The notes under the pieces were generated by a model, which worked only from the letters and a program-made list of their open reading frames with translations, was not told the origin of the DNA and did no database searches. A stretch of DNA of 64,000 bases from Camelus dromedarius (lineage: Eukaryota). Location of the stretch: positions 3,410,001 through 3,474,000 of the forward strand of contig NC_087436.1 of the NCBI RefSeq assembly GCF_036321535.1, in the 5' to 3' direction. A program made the translations under genes and the position numbers. Below are positions 38,801 through 53,200 of this stretch, one piece after another (position 1 is the first letter of the stretch; each line of letters begins with the position of its first letter).

Positions 38801-41800
38801 TCATCTAGCACAAAGGGAACGGGTTGCAGGAGAAACTTTTACTCTGTTTTCTTAATCTTTTTCTTAGTGCCGGTTTGAAGATCCTGCAGTTTTCACTGTA
38901 AAACAGAGCTGGGGATAGTACCTCCCCATATATATGTATGGAGAGGTGTTTGCAAGTGAAAAGAAACTTTGTTTTCCCTACAAGCTAGGTGAAGTACGGC
39001 TTTCACACACACATATCTCTCAGAACTGAGCATGTGGAGAGACGTTCGTTCATCTAGCACAAAGGGAACTGGTTGCAGGAGAGACTTTTACTCTGGTTTC
39101 TCAGTCTGTTTCCTAGTGCCGGTTTGAAGTTCCTGCAGTTTTTACTGTAAAACCGAGTTGGAGCTTTTACCTCCCCATATATATGTATGGATTGGAGTTT
39201 GCAACTGAAAAGAAACTTGTGTTCCCAACAAGCTAGGTGAAGGACGGCTTTCACACACACTTATCTCTCAGAACTGTGCATGTGGAGAGACGTTCGTTCA
39301 TCTAGCAGAAAGGGAACGGTTTGCAGGGAAACTTTTATTTTGTATTCTCTGTCTTTTTCCTAGTGCCTGTTTGAAGTTCCTGAAGTTTTCACTGTAAAAC
39401 CGATTTGGAGCTAGTACCTCCCCATATATATGAATGGAGTGGAGTTTGTAACTGAAAAGAAACTTTGTGTTCCCAACAAGCTAGGTGAAGGACGGCTTCA
39501 ACACACACCTATTCTCAGAACTGAGCATGTGGAGAGAAGTCGTTCATCTAGCACAAAGGGAACGGGTTGCTATAGAAACTTTTACTCTGGTTTCTCAGTC
39601 TGTTTCCTAGTGCCGGTTTGAAGTTCCTGCAGTTTTCACAGCAATACCGAGTTGGAGCTTATACCTCTCCATATATATGTATGGATCGGTGTTTGCAACT
39701 GAAAAGAAACTTTGTGTTCCCAACAAGCTAGGTGAAGGACGGCTTTCACACACACTTATCTCTCAGAACTGGGCATGTGGAGACACGTTCGTTCATCTAG
39801 CAAAAAGGGAACGGTTTGCAGGAAAAACTTTTCTCTGGTTTCTCAGTCTGTATCCTAGTACCGGTTAGAAGTTCCTGCAGTTTTCACTGTAAAACCGAGT
39901 TGGAGCTTCTACCTCCCCATATATATGTATGGATTGGAGTTTGCAACTGAAAAGAAACTTGTGTTCCCAACAAGCAAGTTGAAGGTCGGCTTTCACACAA
40001 ACTTATCTCTCAGAACTGAGCATGTGGAGAGACGTTCGTACATCTAGGAAAAAGGGAACGGGTTTCAGTAGAAAATTTTACTCTGGTTTCTCAGTCTGTT
40101 TCCTAGTGCCGGTTTCAAGTTCCTGCAGTTTTCACTGTAAAACCGAGTTGGAGCTCGTACCTAACCATATATATGTATGGAGTGGAGATTCAAGTTAAAA
40201 GAAACTTTGTGTTCCAAACAATCTAGGTGAAGGACGGCTTTCACACTCAATTATCTCTCAGAACTGAGCATGTGGAGAGACATTCGTTCATCTAGCAAAA
40301 AGGAACGGGTTGCAGGAGAAAATTTTACTCTGGATTCTCAGTCTGTTTCCTAGTGCCGGTTTGAATTTCCTGCAGTTTTCACTGTAAAACCGAGTTGGAG
40401 CTAGTACTTCCCCATATATATGTATGGAGTGGAATTTGCAACTGAAAAGAAACTTTGTGTTCCCAACAAGTTAGGTGAAGTGCGGCTTTCACACACCCTT
40501 ATCTCTCAGAAATGAGCATGTGGAGAGACGTTCATTCATCTTGCACAAAGGGAACGGGTTGCAGAACAAACTTTTACTCTGGATTCTCAGTCTGTTTCCT
40601 AGGGCCGGTTTGATGTTCCAGCAGTTTTTTCTGTAAAATCGAGTTGGAGCTAGTATCTCCCCATATATATATATGGAGTGGAGTTTGCAAATGAAAAGAA
40701 ACTTTGTGTTCCCAACAAGCTAGGTGAAGGACGGCTTTCACACACACTTATCTCTCAGAACTGAGCATGTGGAGAGACGTTCGTTCATCTAGCAAAAAGG
40801 GAACGGTTTGCAGGAGAAAGTTTTCTCTGGTTTCTCCGTCTGTTTCCTAGTGCCGGTTTGAAGTTCCTGCAGTTTTTACTGTAAAACCGAGTTGGAGCTT
40901 TTACCTCCCCATATATATGTATGGATTGGAGTTTGCAACTGAAAAGAAACTTGTGTTCCCAACAAGCTAGGTGAAGGACGGCTTTCACACACACTTATCT
41001 CTCAGAACTGAGCATGTGGAGAGACGTTCGTTCATCTAGCAGAAAGGGAACGGTTTGCAGGGAAACTTTTATTTTGTATTCTCTGTCTTTTTCCTAGTGC
41101 CTGTTTGAATTTCCTGAAGTTTTCACTGTAAAACCGATTTGGAGCTAGTACCTCCCCATATATATGAATGGAGTGGGGTTTGAAATTGAAAAGAAACGTT
41201 GTGTTCCCAATAATCTAGGTGAAGTACGGCTTTCACACACACTTATCTCTCAGAACTGAGCATGTGGAGAGACTTTCGTTCATCTAGCACAAAGGGAACG
41301 GTTTGCAGGAGAAACTTTTTCTCTGGTTTCTCAGTCTGTTTCCAAGAGCCGGGTTGAATTTCCTGCAGTTTTCACTGTAAAACGGAGTTGGAGCTAGTAC
41401 CTCCCCATATATATGTATGGGGTGGTGTTTGAAACTGAAAAGAAACTTTGTGTTCCCAACAAGCTAGGTGAAGGACGGCTTTCACACAAACTTATCTCTC
41501 AGAACTGGGCATGTGGAGAGACGTTCGTTCATCTAGCACAAATGGAACGGGTTGCAGGAGAAATTTTACTCTGGTTTCTCAGTCTGTTTCCTAGGGCCAG
41601 TTTGAACTTCCTGCAGTTTTCACTGTAAAACCGAGTTGGAGCTAGTACCTCCCCATATATATTTACGGAGTGGAGTTTGCAACTGAAAAGAAACTTTGTG
41701 TTCCCAACAAGCTAGGTGAAGGGCGGCTTTCACACACAGTTATCTCTCATAACTGAGCATGTGGAGAGACGTTCGTTCATCTTGAACAAAGGGAACGGGT

Positions 41801-44800
41801 TGCTATAGAAACTTTTACTCTGGTTTCTCAGTCTGTTTCCTAGTGCCGGTTTGAAGTTCCTGCAGTTTTAACAGCAATACCGAGTTGGAGCTTATACCTC
41901 CCCATATATATGTATGGATCGGTGTTTGCAACTGAAAAGAAAATTTGTGTTCCCAACAAGCTAGGTGAAGGGCGGCTTTCACACACAGTTATCTCTCAGA
42001 ATTGAGCATGTGGATAGACGTTCGTTCATCTAGCAAAAAGGGAACGGTTTGCAGGAGAAAGTTTTCTCTCGTTTCTCAGTCTGTTTCCTAGTGCAGGTTT
42101 GAAGTTCCTGCAGTTTTTACTGTAAAACCGAGTTGGAGCTTTTACCTCCCCATATATATGTATGGATTGGAGTTTGCAACTGAAAAGAAACTTGTGTTCC
42201 CAACAAGCTAGGTGAAGGACGGCTTTCACACACACTTATCTCTCAGATCTGTGCATGTGGAGAGACGTTCGTTCATCTAGCAGAAAGGGAACGGTTCGCA
42301 GGGAAACTTTTATTTTGTATTCTCTGTCTTTTTCCTAGTGCCTTTTTGATGTTCCTGCAGTTTTCACTGTAAAACCGTGTTGGAGCTAGTACCTCCCCAT
42401 ATATATGTATGGAGTTGAGTTTGCAACTGAAAAGAAACTTTGTTTTCCCAACAAGCTAGGTGAAGGTCGGCTTTCACACACAATTATCTCTCAGAACTGA
42501 GCATTTGGAGAGACTTTCGTTCATCTAGCAAATAGGGAACGGGTTGCAGGAAAAACTTTAACTCTGGACTCTCAGTCTGTTTCCTAGTGCAAGTTTGAAG
42601 TTCCTGAAGTTTTCACTGTAAAACCGATTTGGAGCTAGTACCTCCCCATATATATGAATGGAGTGGAGTTTGAAACTGAAAAGAAACTTTGTGTTCCCAA
42701 CAATCTAGGTGAAGTACGGCTTTAACACACACTTATCTCTCAGAACTGAGCATGTGGAGAGACTTTCGTTCATCTAGCACAAAGGGAACGGGTTGCACGA
42801 GAAACTTTTTCTCTGGTTTCTCAGTCTGTTTCCTAGAGCCTGGTTGAATTTCCTGCAGTTTTCACTGTAAAACGGATTTGGAGCTAGTACCTCCCCATAT
42901 ATATATATGGGGTGGTGTTAGAAACTGAAAAGAAACTTTGTGTTCCCAACAAGCTAGGTGAAGGACGGCTTTCACACACACTTATCTCTCAGAACTGAGC
43001 ATGTGGAGAGACTTTCGTTCATCTAGCACAAAGGGAACGGGTTGCAGGAGAAACTTTTACTCTGTATTCTCATTCTGTTTCCTAAGGGCCGGTTTGAAGT
43101 TCTTGCAGTTTTCACTGTAAAATCGAGTTGGAGCTAGTACCTCCCCATATATATGTATGGAGTGGAGTTTGCAACTGAAAAGAAACTTTGTGTTCCCAAC
43201 AAGCTAGTTGAAGGACGGCTTTCATACAGATTTATCTCTCAGAACTGAGCATGTGGAGAGACGTTCGTTCATCTAGCACAAATGGAACGGGTTGCAGGAG
43301 AAATATTTACTCTTGTTTCTCAGTCTGTTTCCTAGGGCCAGTTTGAAGTTCCTGCAGTTTTCACTGTAAAACCGAGTTGGAGCTAGTACCTCCCCATATA
43401 TATGTATGGAGTGGGGTTTGCAAATGAAAAGAAACTTTGTGTTCCCAACAAGCTAGGTGAAGGACGGCTTTTACACACACTTATCTCTCAGAACTGAGCA
43501 TGTGCAGAGACTTTCGTTCATCTAGCACAAAGGGAACGGGTTGCAGGAGAAACTTTTTTCTGTTTTCTTAATCTTTTTCTTAGTGCCGTTTTGAAGTTCC
43601 TGCAGTTTTCACTGTAAAACAGGGCTGGGGCTAGTACCACCCCATATATATGTATGGAGTGGAGTTTGCAACTGAAAAGAAAATTTGTGTTCCCTACAAG
43701 CTAGGTGAAAAATGGCTTTCACACACATTTATCTCTCAGAACGGAGCATGTGGAGAGACTTTCGTTCATCTAGAACAAAGGGTACGGGTTGCAGGAGAAA
43801 CTTTTACTCTGGTTTCTCAGTCTGTTTCCTAGTGCCGATTTGAAGTTCCTGCAGTTTTCACTGTAAAACCGAGTTGGAGCTTGTACCACCCCATACATAT
43901 GTATGGATTGGATTTTGTAACTGAAAAGAAACTTTGTGTTCCCAACAAGATAGTTGAAGGACGGCTTCAACACACACCTATTCTCAGAACTGAGCATGTG
44001 GAGAGAAGTCGTTCATCTAGCACAAAGGGAACGGGTTGCTATAGAAACTATTACTCTGGTTTCTCAGTCTGTTTCCTAGTGCCGGTTTGAAGTTCCTGCA
44101 GTTTTCACAGCAATACCGAGTTGGAGCTTCTACCTCCCCATATATATGTATGGATTGGAGTTTGCAACTGAAAAGAAACTTGTGTTCCCAACAAGCAAGT
44201 TGAAGGTCGGCTTTCACACAAACTTATCTCTCAGAACTGAGCATGTGGAGAGACGTTCGTACATCTAGCAAAAAGGGAACGGGTTTCAGTAGAAAATTTT
44301 ACTCTGGTTTCTCAGTCTGTTTCCTAGTGCCGGTTTCAAGTTCCTGCAGTTTTCACTGTAAAACCGATTTGGAGCTCGTACCTAACCATATATATGTATG
44401 GAGTGGAGATTCAAGTTAAAAGAAACTTTGTGTTCCAAACAATCTAGGTGAAGGACGGCTTTCACACTCAATTATCTCTCAGAACTGAGCATGTGGAGAG
44501 ACATTCGTTCATCTAGCAAAAAGGAACGGGTTGCAGGAGAAAATTTTACTCTGGATTCTCAGTCTGTTTCCTAGTGCCGGTTTGAAGTTCCTGCATTTTT
44601 CACTGTAAAACCGAGTTGGAGCTAGTACTTCCCCATATATATGTATGGAGTGGAATTTGCAACTGAAAAGAAACTTTGTGTTCCCAACAAGTTAGGTGAA
44701 GTGCGGCTTTCACACACCCTTATCTCTCAGAAATGAGCATGTGGAGAGACGTTCATTCATCTTGCACAAAGGGAACGGGTTGCAGAACAAACTTTTACTC

Positions 44801-47225
44801 TGGATTCTCAGTCTGTTTCCTAGGGCCGGTTTGATGTTCCAGCAGTTTTTACTGTAAAATCGAGTTGGAGCTAGTATCTCCCCTTATATATATATGGAGT
44901 GGAGTTTGCAAATGAAAAGAAACTTTGTGTTCCCAACAAGCTAGGTGAAGGACGGCTTTCACACACACTTATCTCTCAGAACTGAGCATGTGGAGAGACG
45001 TTCGTTCATCTAGCAAAAAGGGAACGGGTTGCAGGAGTAACCTTTACTCTGGTTTCTCAGTCTGTTTCCTAGTGCCGATTTGAAGTTCCTGCAGTTTTCA
45101 CTGTAAAACCGAGTTGGAGCTTGTACCTCCCCATATATATGTATGGAGTGGAGTTTGCAACTTAAAATAAACTTTGTGTTCCCAACAAGCTAGGTGAAAT
45201 ACGGCTTCACACACATTTATCTCTCAGAACTGAGCATGTGGAGAGACGTTCGTTCATCTAGCACAATGGGAACGGGTTGCAGGAGAAACTTTTACTGTGG
45301 TTTCTCAGTCTGTTTCCTAGTGCCGATTTGAATTTCCTGCACTTTTCACTGTAAAACCGAGTTGGAGCTAGTACCTCCCCTTATATATGTATGGGGTGGT
45401 GTTTGAAACTGAAAAGAAACTTTGTGTTCCCAACAAGCTAGGTGAAGGACGGCTTTCACACAGATTTATCTCTCAGAACTGAGCATGTGGAGAGACTTTC
45501 GTTCATCTAGCACAAAGGGAACGGGTTGCAGGAGAAACTTTTACTCTGTTTTCTTAATCTTTTTCTTAGTGCCGGTTTGAAGATCCTGCAGTTTTCACTG
45601 TAAAACAGAGCTGGGGATAGTACCTCCCCATATATATGTATGGAGAGGTGTTTGCAAGTGAAAAGAAACTTTGTTTTCCCTACAAGCTAGGTGAAGTACG
45701 GCTTTCACACACACATATCTCTCAGAACTGAGCATGTGGAGAGACGTTCGTTCATCTAGCACAAAGGGAACTGGTTGCAGGAGAGACTTTTACTCTGGTT
45801 TCTCAGTCTGTTTCCTAGTGCCGGTTTGAAGTTCCTGCAGTTTTTACTGTAAAACCGAGTTGGAGCTTTTACCTCCCCATATATATGTATGGATTGGAGT
45901 TTGCAACTGAAAAGAAACTTGTGTTCCCAACAAGCTAGGTGAAGGACGGCTTTCACACACACTTATCTCTCAGAACTGTGCATGTGGAGAGACGTTCGTT
46001 CATCTAGCAGAAAGGGAACGGTTTGCAGGGAAACTTTTATTTTGTATTCTCTGTCTTTTTCCTAGTGCCTGTTTGAAGTTCCTGAAGTTTTCACTGTAAA
46101 ACCGATTTGGAGCTAGTACCTCCCCATATATATGAATGGAGTGGAGTTTGTAACTGAAAAGAAACTTTGTGTTCCCAACAAGCTAGGTGAAGGACGGCTT
46201 CAACACACACCTATTCTCAGAACTGAGCATGTGGAGAGAAGTCGTTCATCTAGCACAAAGGGAACGGGTTGCTATAGAAACTTTTACTCTGGTTTCTCAG
46301 TCTGTTTCCTAGTGCCGGTTTGAAGTTCCTGCAGTTTTCACAGCAATACCGAGTTGGAGCTTATACCTCTCCATATATATGTATGGATCGGTGTTTGCAA
46401 CTGAAAAGAAACTTTGTGTTCCCAACAAGCTAGGTGAAGGACGGCTTTCACACACACTTATCTCTCAGAACTGGGCATGTGGAGACACGTTCGTTCATCT
46501 AGCACAAAGGGAACGGTTTGCAGGAAAAACTATTCTCTGGTTTCTCAGTCTGTATCCTAGTACCGGTTAGAAGTTCCTGCAGTTTTCACTGTAAAACGGA
46601 GTTGGAGCTAGTACCTCCCCATATATATGTATGGGGTGATGTTTGAAACTGAAAAGAAACTTTGTGTTCCCAACAAGCTAGGTGAAGGACGGCTTTCACA
46701 CACACTTATCTCTCAGAACTGGGCATGTGGAGACACGTTCGTTCATCTAGCACAAAGGGAACGGGTTGCAGGAGAAACTTTTACTCTGTATTCTCATTCT
46801 GTTTCCTAAGGGCCGGTTTGAAGTTCTTGCAGTTTTCACTGTAAAATCGAGTTGGAGCTAGTACCTCCCCATATATATGTATGGAGTGGAGTTTGCAACT
46901 GAAAAGAAACTTTGTGTTCCCAACAAGCTAGTTGAAGGACGGCTTTCATACAGATTTATCTCTCAGAACTGAGCATGTGGAGAGACGTTCGTTCATCTAG
47001 CACAAATGGAACGGGTTGCAGGAGAAATATTTACTCTTGTTTCTCAGTCTGTTTCCTAGGGCCAGTTTGAAGTTCCTGCAGTTTTCACTGTAAAACCGAG
47101 TTGGATCTAGTACCTCCCCATATATATGTATGGAGTGGGGTTTGCAAATGAAAAGAAACTTTGTGTTCCCAACAAGCTAGGTGAAGGACGGCTTTTACAC
47201 ACACTTATCTCTCAGAACTGAGCAT
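29861..47225. repeat. Domain 2: more diverged, irregularly ordered monomers (mean ~248 bp) with local block duplications
   Basis: A different variant set appears (1-bp deletion GAAACTTGTG, AAAGTTTTCTC, CTTAAATCCCAG, TTTTATTTTGTATTC, TTAATCTTTTTCTTAG) and there is no constant period. Confidence 0.8.
36557..47225. repeat. 28-monomer block (6949 bp) duplicated, second copy shortened by in-phase deletions
   Basis: Offsets step from 6949 (36701->43650, 36932->43881) to 6702 (39054->45756, 39430->46132, 39677->46379) to 3724 (CCTAAGGGCC at 43081 and 46805). Confidence 0.8.
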
Positions 47226-50200
47226 GTGCAGAGACGTTCTTACATCTAGCAGAAAGGGAACGGTTTGCAGGAGAAACTTTTACTTTGTTTTCTCAGTCTG
47301 TTTCCTAGTGCCGGTTTGAAGTTCCTGCAGTTTTCACTGTAAAACAGTGTTGGAGCTAGAACCTCCCCATATATATGTATGGAGTTGAGTTTGCAACTGA
47401 AAAGAAACTTTGTGTTCCCAAAAAGCTAGGTGAAGGACGGCTTTCAAACACACTTATCTCTCAGAACTGAGCATGTGGAGAGACGTTCGTTCATCTAGCA
47501 ATAAGGGAACTGTTTGCAGGGGAAACTTTTCTATGGTTTCTCAGTCTGTTTCCTAGTGCCGGTTAGAAATTCCTGCAGTTTTCAATGTAAACCCGAGTTG
47601 GAGCTTGTACCTCCCCATATATATGTATGGATTGGAGTTTGCAACTGAAAAGAAACTTGTGTTCCCAACAAGCAAGGTGAAGGACGGCTTTCACACACAC
47701 TTATCCTTCAGAACTGAGCATGTGGAGAGACGTTCGTTCATCTAGCAAAAAGAACGGGTTTCAGGAGAAACTTTTACTCTGGTTTCTCAGTCTGTTTCCT
47801 AGTGCCGGTATAAAGTTCCTGCAGTTTTCACTGTAAAACCGTGTTGGAGAGAGTACCTCCCCATATATATGTATGGAGTTGAGTTTTCAACTGAAAAGAA
47901 ACTTTGTGTTCACAACAAGCTAGGTGAAGGACGGCTTTCACACACACTTATCTCTCAGATCTGAGCATGTGGAGAGACGTTCGTTCATCTAGCACAAAGG
48001 GAACGGTTTGCAGGAGAAAATTTTACTCTGGATTCTCAGTCTGTTTCCTACTGCCGGTTTGAAGTTCCTGCAGTTTTCACTGTAAAACCGAGTTGGAGCT
48101 AGTACTTCTCCATATTTATGTATGGAGTGGAGTTTGCAACTGAAAAGAAACTTTGTGTTCCCAACAAGCTAGGTGAAGTGCGGCTTTCACACACACTTGT
48201 CTCTCAGAAATGAGCATGTGGAGAGACGTTCATTCATCTTGCACAAAGGGAGTGGGTTGCAGGAGAAACTTTCACTCTGGATTCTCAGTCTGTTTCCTAG
48301 GGCCGGTTTGATGTTCCTGCATTTTTCACTGTAAAATCGAGTTCGAGCTAGTATCTCCCCATACATATATATGGAGTGGAATTTGCAACTGAAAAGAAAC
48401 TTTGTGTTCCCAACAAGCTATGTGAAGGACGGCTTTCACACACATTTATCTCTCAGAACTGAGCATGTGGAGAGACGTTCGTTCATCTAGCAAAAAGTGA
48501 ACGAGTTGCAGGAGAAACTTTTACTCTGGTTTCTCAGTCTGTTTCCTAGTGCCGATTTGAAGTTCCTGCAGTTTTCACAGTAAAACCGAGTTGAAGCTTG
48601 TACCTCCCCATATATATGTATGGAGTGGAGTTTGCAACTTAAAGAAACTTTGTGTTCCCAACAAGCTAGGTGAAAAACGGCTTTCACACACATTTATCTC
48701 TCAGAACTGAGCATGTGGAGAGAAGTTCGTTCATCTAGCACAATGGGAACGGGTTGCAGGAGAAACTTTTACTCTGGTTTCTCAGTCTGTTTCCTACTGC
48801 CGGTTTGAATTTCCTGTACTTTTCACTGTAAAACCGAGTTTGAGTTTTACCTCCCCATATATATGTATGGAGTGGAGTTTGCAACTGAAAAGAAACTTTG
48901 TGTTCCCAACAATCTAGGTGAAGGACGGCTTTCACACACATTTATCTCTCAGAACTGAGCATGTGGAGAGACGTTCGTTCATCTAGCACAAAGGGAACGG
49001 GTTGCTTTAGAAACATTTACTCTGGTTTCTCAGTCTGTTTCCTAGTGCCGGTTTGAAGTTCCTGCCGTTTTCACAGTAATACCGAGTTGGAGCTACTACC
49101 TCCCCATATATATGTATGGATTGGAGTTTGCAACTGAAAAGAAAATTTGTGTTCCCAACAAGCTAGTTGAAGGACGGCTTTCACACACACTTATCTCTCA
49201 GAACTGAGCATGTGGAGAAACTTTCGTTCATCTAGCACAAAGGGAATGGGTTGCAGGAGAAACTTTTTCTCTGGTTTCTCAGACTGTTTCCTAGTGCCGG
49301 GTTGAAGTTCCTGCAGGTTTCACTGTAAAACCAAGTTGGAGCCAGTACCTCCCCATATATATGTACGGGGTGGAGTTTGAAACTGAAAATAAACTTTGTG
49401 TTCCCAACAACCTAGGTGAAGGACGGCTTTCACACACACTTATATTTCAGAACTGAGCATGTGAAGAGACTTTCGTTCATCTAGCACAAAGGGAAAGTGT
49501 TGCAGGAGAAATTTTTACTCTGGATTCTCAGACTGTTCCTAGGGCCGGTTTGAAGTTCCTGCAGTTTTAACAGCAATACCGAGTTGGAGCTTATACCTCC
49601 CCATATATATGTATGGATCGGTGTTTGCAACTGAAAAGAAACTTTGTGTTCCCAGCAAGCTAGGTGAAGGACTGCTTTCACACACACTTATCTCTCAGAA
49701 CTGAGCATGTGGAGAGACGTTCGTTCATCTAGCATAAAGGGAACGGTTTGCAGGAGAAAGTTTTCTCTGGTTTCTCTGTCTGTTTCCTAGTGCCGGTTTG
49801 AAGTTCCTGCAGTTTTACTGTAAACCCGATTTGGAGCTTTTACCTCCCCATATATATGTATGGATTGGAGTTTGCAACTGAAAAGAAACTTGTGTTCCCA
49901 ACAAGCTAGATGAAGGACGGCTTTCACACACACATATCTCTCAGAACTGTGCATGTGGAGAGACGTTCGTTCATCTAGCAAAAAGGGAACGGTTTTCAGG
50001 AAAAACTTTTACTCTGGTTTCTCAGTCTGTTTCCTAGTGCCGGTTTAAAGTTCCTGCAGTTTTCACTGTAAAATCGAGTTGGAGCTAGTACCTCCCCATA
50101 TATATGTATGGAGTGGGGTTTGCAAATGAAAAGAACTTTGTGTTCCCAAAAAGCTAGGTGAAGGACGGCTTTCAAACACACTTATCTCTCAGAACTGAGC

Positions 50201-53200
50201 ATGTGGAGAGACGTTCGTTCATCTAGCAATAAGGGAACGGTTTGCAGGGGAAACTTTTCTATGGTTTCTCAGTCTGTTTCCTAGTGCCGGTTAGAAATTC
50301 CTGCAGTTTTCAATGTAAACCCGAGTTGGAGCTTGTACCTCCCCATATATATGTATGGATTGGAGTTTGCAACTGAAAAGAAACTTGTGTTCCCAACAAG
50401 CAAGGTGAAGGACGGCTTTCACACACACTTATCTTTCAGAACTGAGAATGTGGAGAGACGCTCGTTCATCTAGCAAAAAGGAACGGGTTTCAGGAGAAAC
50501 TTTTACTCTGGTTTCTCAGTCTGTTTCCTAGTGCCGGTTTAAAGTTCCTGCAGTTTTCACTGTAAAACCGTGTTGGAGAGAGTACCTCCCCATATATATG
50601 TATGGAGTTGAGTTTTCAACTGAAAAGAAACTTTGTGTTCACAACAAGCTAGGTGAAGGACGGCTTTCACACACATTTATCTCTCAGATCTGAGCATGTG
50701 GAGAGACGTTCGTTCATCTAGCACAAAGGGAACGGGTTGCAGGAGAAAATTTTACTCTGGATTCTCAGTCTGTTTCCTACTGCCGGTTTGAAGTTCCTGC
50801 ATTTTTCACTGTAAAACCGAGTTGGAGCTAGTACTTCTCCATATTTATGTATGGAGTGGAGTTTGCAACTGAAAAGAAACTTTGTGTTCCCAACAAGCTA
50901 GGTGAAGTGCGGCTTTCACACACACTTGTCTCTCAGAAATGAGCATGTGGAGAGACGTTCATTCATCTTGCACAAAGGGAATGGGTTGCAGGAGAAACTT
51001 TCACTCTGGATTCTCAGTCTGTTTCCTAGGGCCGGTTTGATGTTCCTGCATTTTTCACTGTAAAATCGAGTTGGAGCTAGTATCTCCCCATATATATATA
51101 TGGAGTGGAATTTGCAACTGAAAAGAAACTTTGTGTTCCCAACAAGCTAGGTGAAGGACGGCTTTCACACACATTTATCTCTCAGAACTGAGCATGTGGA
51201 GAGACGTTCGTTCATCTAGCAAAAAGGGAACGAGTTGCAGGAGAAACTTTTACTCTGGTTTCTCAGTCTGTTTCCTAGTGCCGATTTGAAGTTCCTGCAG
51301 TTTTCACAGTAAAACCGAGTTGAAGCTTGTACCTCCCCATATATATGTATGGAGTGGAGTTTGCAACTTAAAAAACTTTGTGTTCCCAACAAGCTAGGTG
51401 AAAAACGGCTTTCACACACATTTATCTCTCAGAACTGAGCATGTGGAGAGAAGTTCGTTCATCTAGCACAATGGGAACGGGTTGCAGGAGAAACTTTTAC
51501 TCTGGTTTCTCAGTCTGTTTCCTACTGCCGGTTTGAAGTTCCTGTACTTTTCACTGTAAAACCGAGTTTGAGTTTTACCTCCCCATATATATGTATGGAG
51601 TGGAGTTTGCAACTGAAAAGAAACTTTGTGTTCCCAACAATCTAGGTGAAGGACGGCTTTCACACACATTTATCTCTCAGAACTGAGCATGTGGAGAGAC
51701 GTTCGTTCATCTAGCACAAAGGGAACGGGTTGCTTTAGAAACATTTACTTTGGTTTCTCAGTCTGTTTCCTAGTGCCGGTTTGAAGTTCCTGCCGTTTTC
51801 ACAGTAATACCGAGTTGGAGCTACTACCTCCCCATATATATGTATGGATTGGAGTTTGCAACTGAAAAGAAAATTTGTGTTCCCAACAAGCTAGTTGAAG
51901 GACGGCTTTCACACACACTTATCTCTCAGAACTGAGCATGTGGAGAAACTTTCGTTCATCTAGCACAATGGGAATGGGTTGCAGGAGAAACTTTTTCTCT
52001 GGTTACTCAGACTGTTTCCTAGTGCCGGGTTGACGTTCCTGCAGTTTTTACTGTAAACCCGATTTGGAGCTTTTACCTCCCCATATATATGTATGGATTG
52101 GAGTTTGCAACTGAAAAGAAACTTGTGTTCCCAACAAGCTAGATGAAGGACGGCTTTCAGACACACATATCTCTCAGAACTGTGCATGTGGAGAGACGTT
52201 CGTTCATCTAGAAAAAAGGGAACGGTTTCAGGAAAAACTTTTACTCTGGTTTCTCAGTCTGTTTCCTAGTGCCGGTTTAAAGTTCCTGCAGTTTTCACTG
52301 TAAAATCGAGTTGGAGCTAGTACCTCCCCATATATATGTATGGTGTGGGGTTTGCAAATGAAAAGAAACTTTGTGTTCCCAACAAGCTAGGTGAAGGACG
52401 GCTTTTACACACACTTAACTCTCAGAAATGAGCATGTGCAGAGACGTTCTTCCATCTAGCAGAAAGGGAACGGTTTGCAGGAGAAACTTTTACTTTGTTT
52501 TCTCAGTCTGTTTCCTAGTGCCGGTTTGAAGTTCCTGCAGTTTTCACTGTAAAACAGTGTTGGAGCTAGTACCTCCCCATATATATGTATGGAGTTGAGT
52601 TTGCAACTGGAAAGAAACTTTGTGTTCCCAACAAGCTAGATGAATGACGGCTTTCACACTCACTTATCTCTCAGAACTGAGCATGTGGAAAAACGTTCGT
52701 TCATCTAGCAAAAATGGAACGGGTTGCAGGAAAAACTTTTACTCTGGTTTCTCAGTCTGTTTCCTAGTGCCGTTTTGAAGTTCCTGCAGTTTTCACTGTA
52801 AAACCGAGTTGGAGCTTGTACCTCCCCATATATATGTATGGAGTGGAGTTTGCAACTGAAAAGAAACTTTGTGTTCCCAACAAGCTAGGTGAAGGACGGC
52901 TTTCACACACACTTATCTCTCAGAACTGAGCATGTGCAGAGACCATCGTACATCTAGCAGAAAGGGAACGGTTTGCAGGAGAAACTTTTACTTTGGTTTC
53001 TTAGTCTGTTTCCTAGTGCCGGTTTGATGTTCTTGCAGTTTTCACTGTAAAACCGAGTTGGAGCAAGTACCTCCCCATATATATGTATGGATTGGGATTT
53101 GAAAATGAAAAGAAACTTTGTGTTCCCAACAAGCTAGGTTAAGGACGGCTTTCACACTCACTTATCTCTCAGAACTGAGCATGTGGATAGACGTTCGTTC

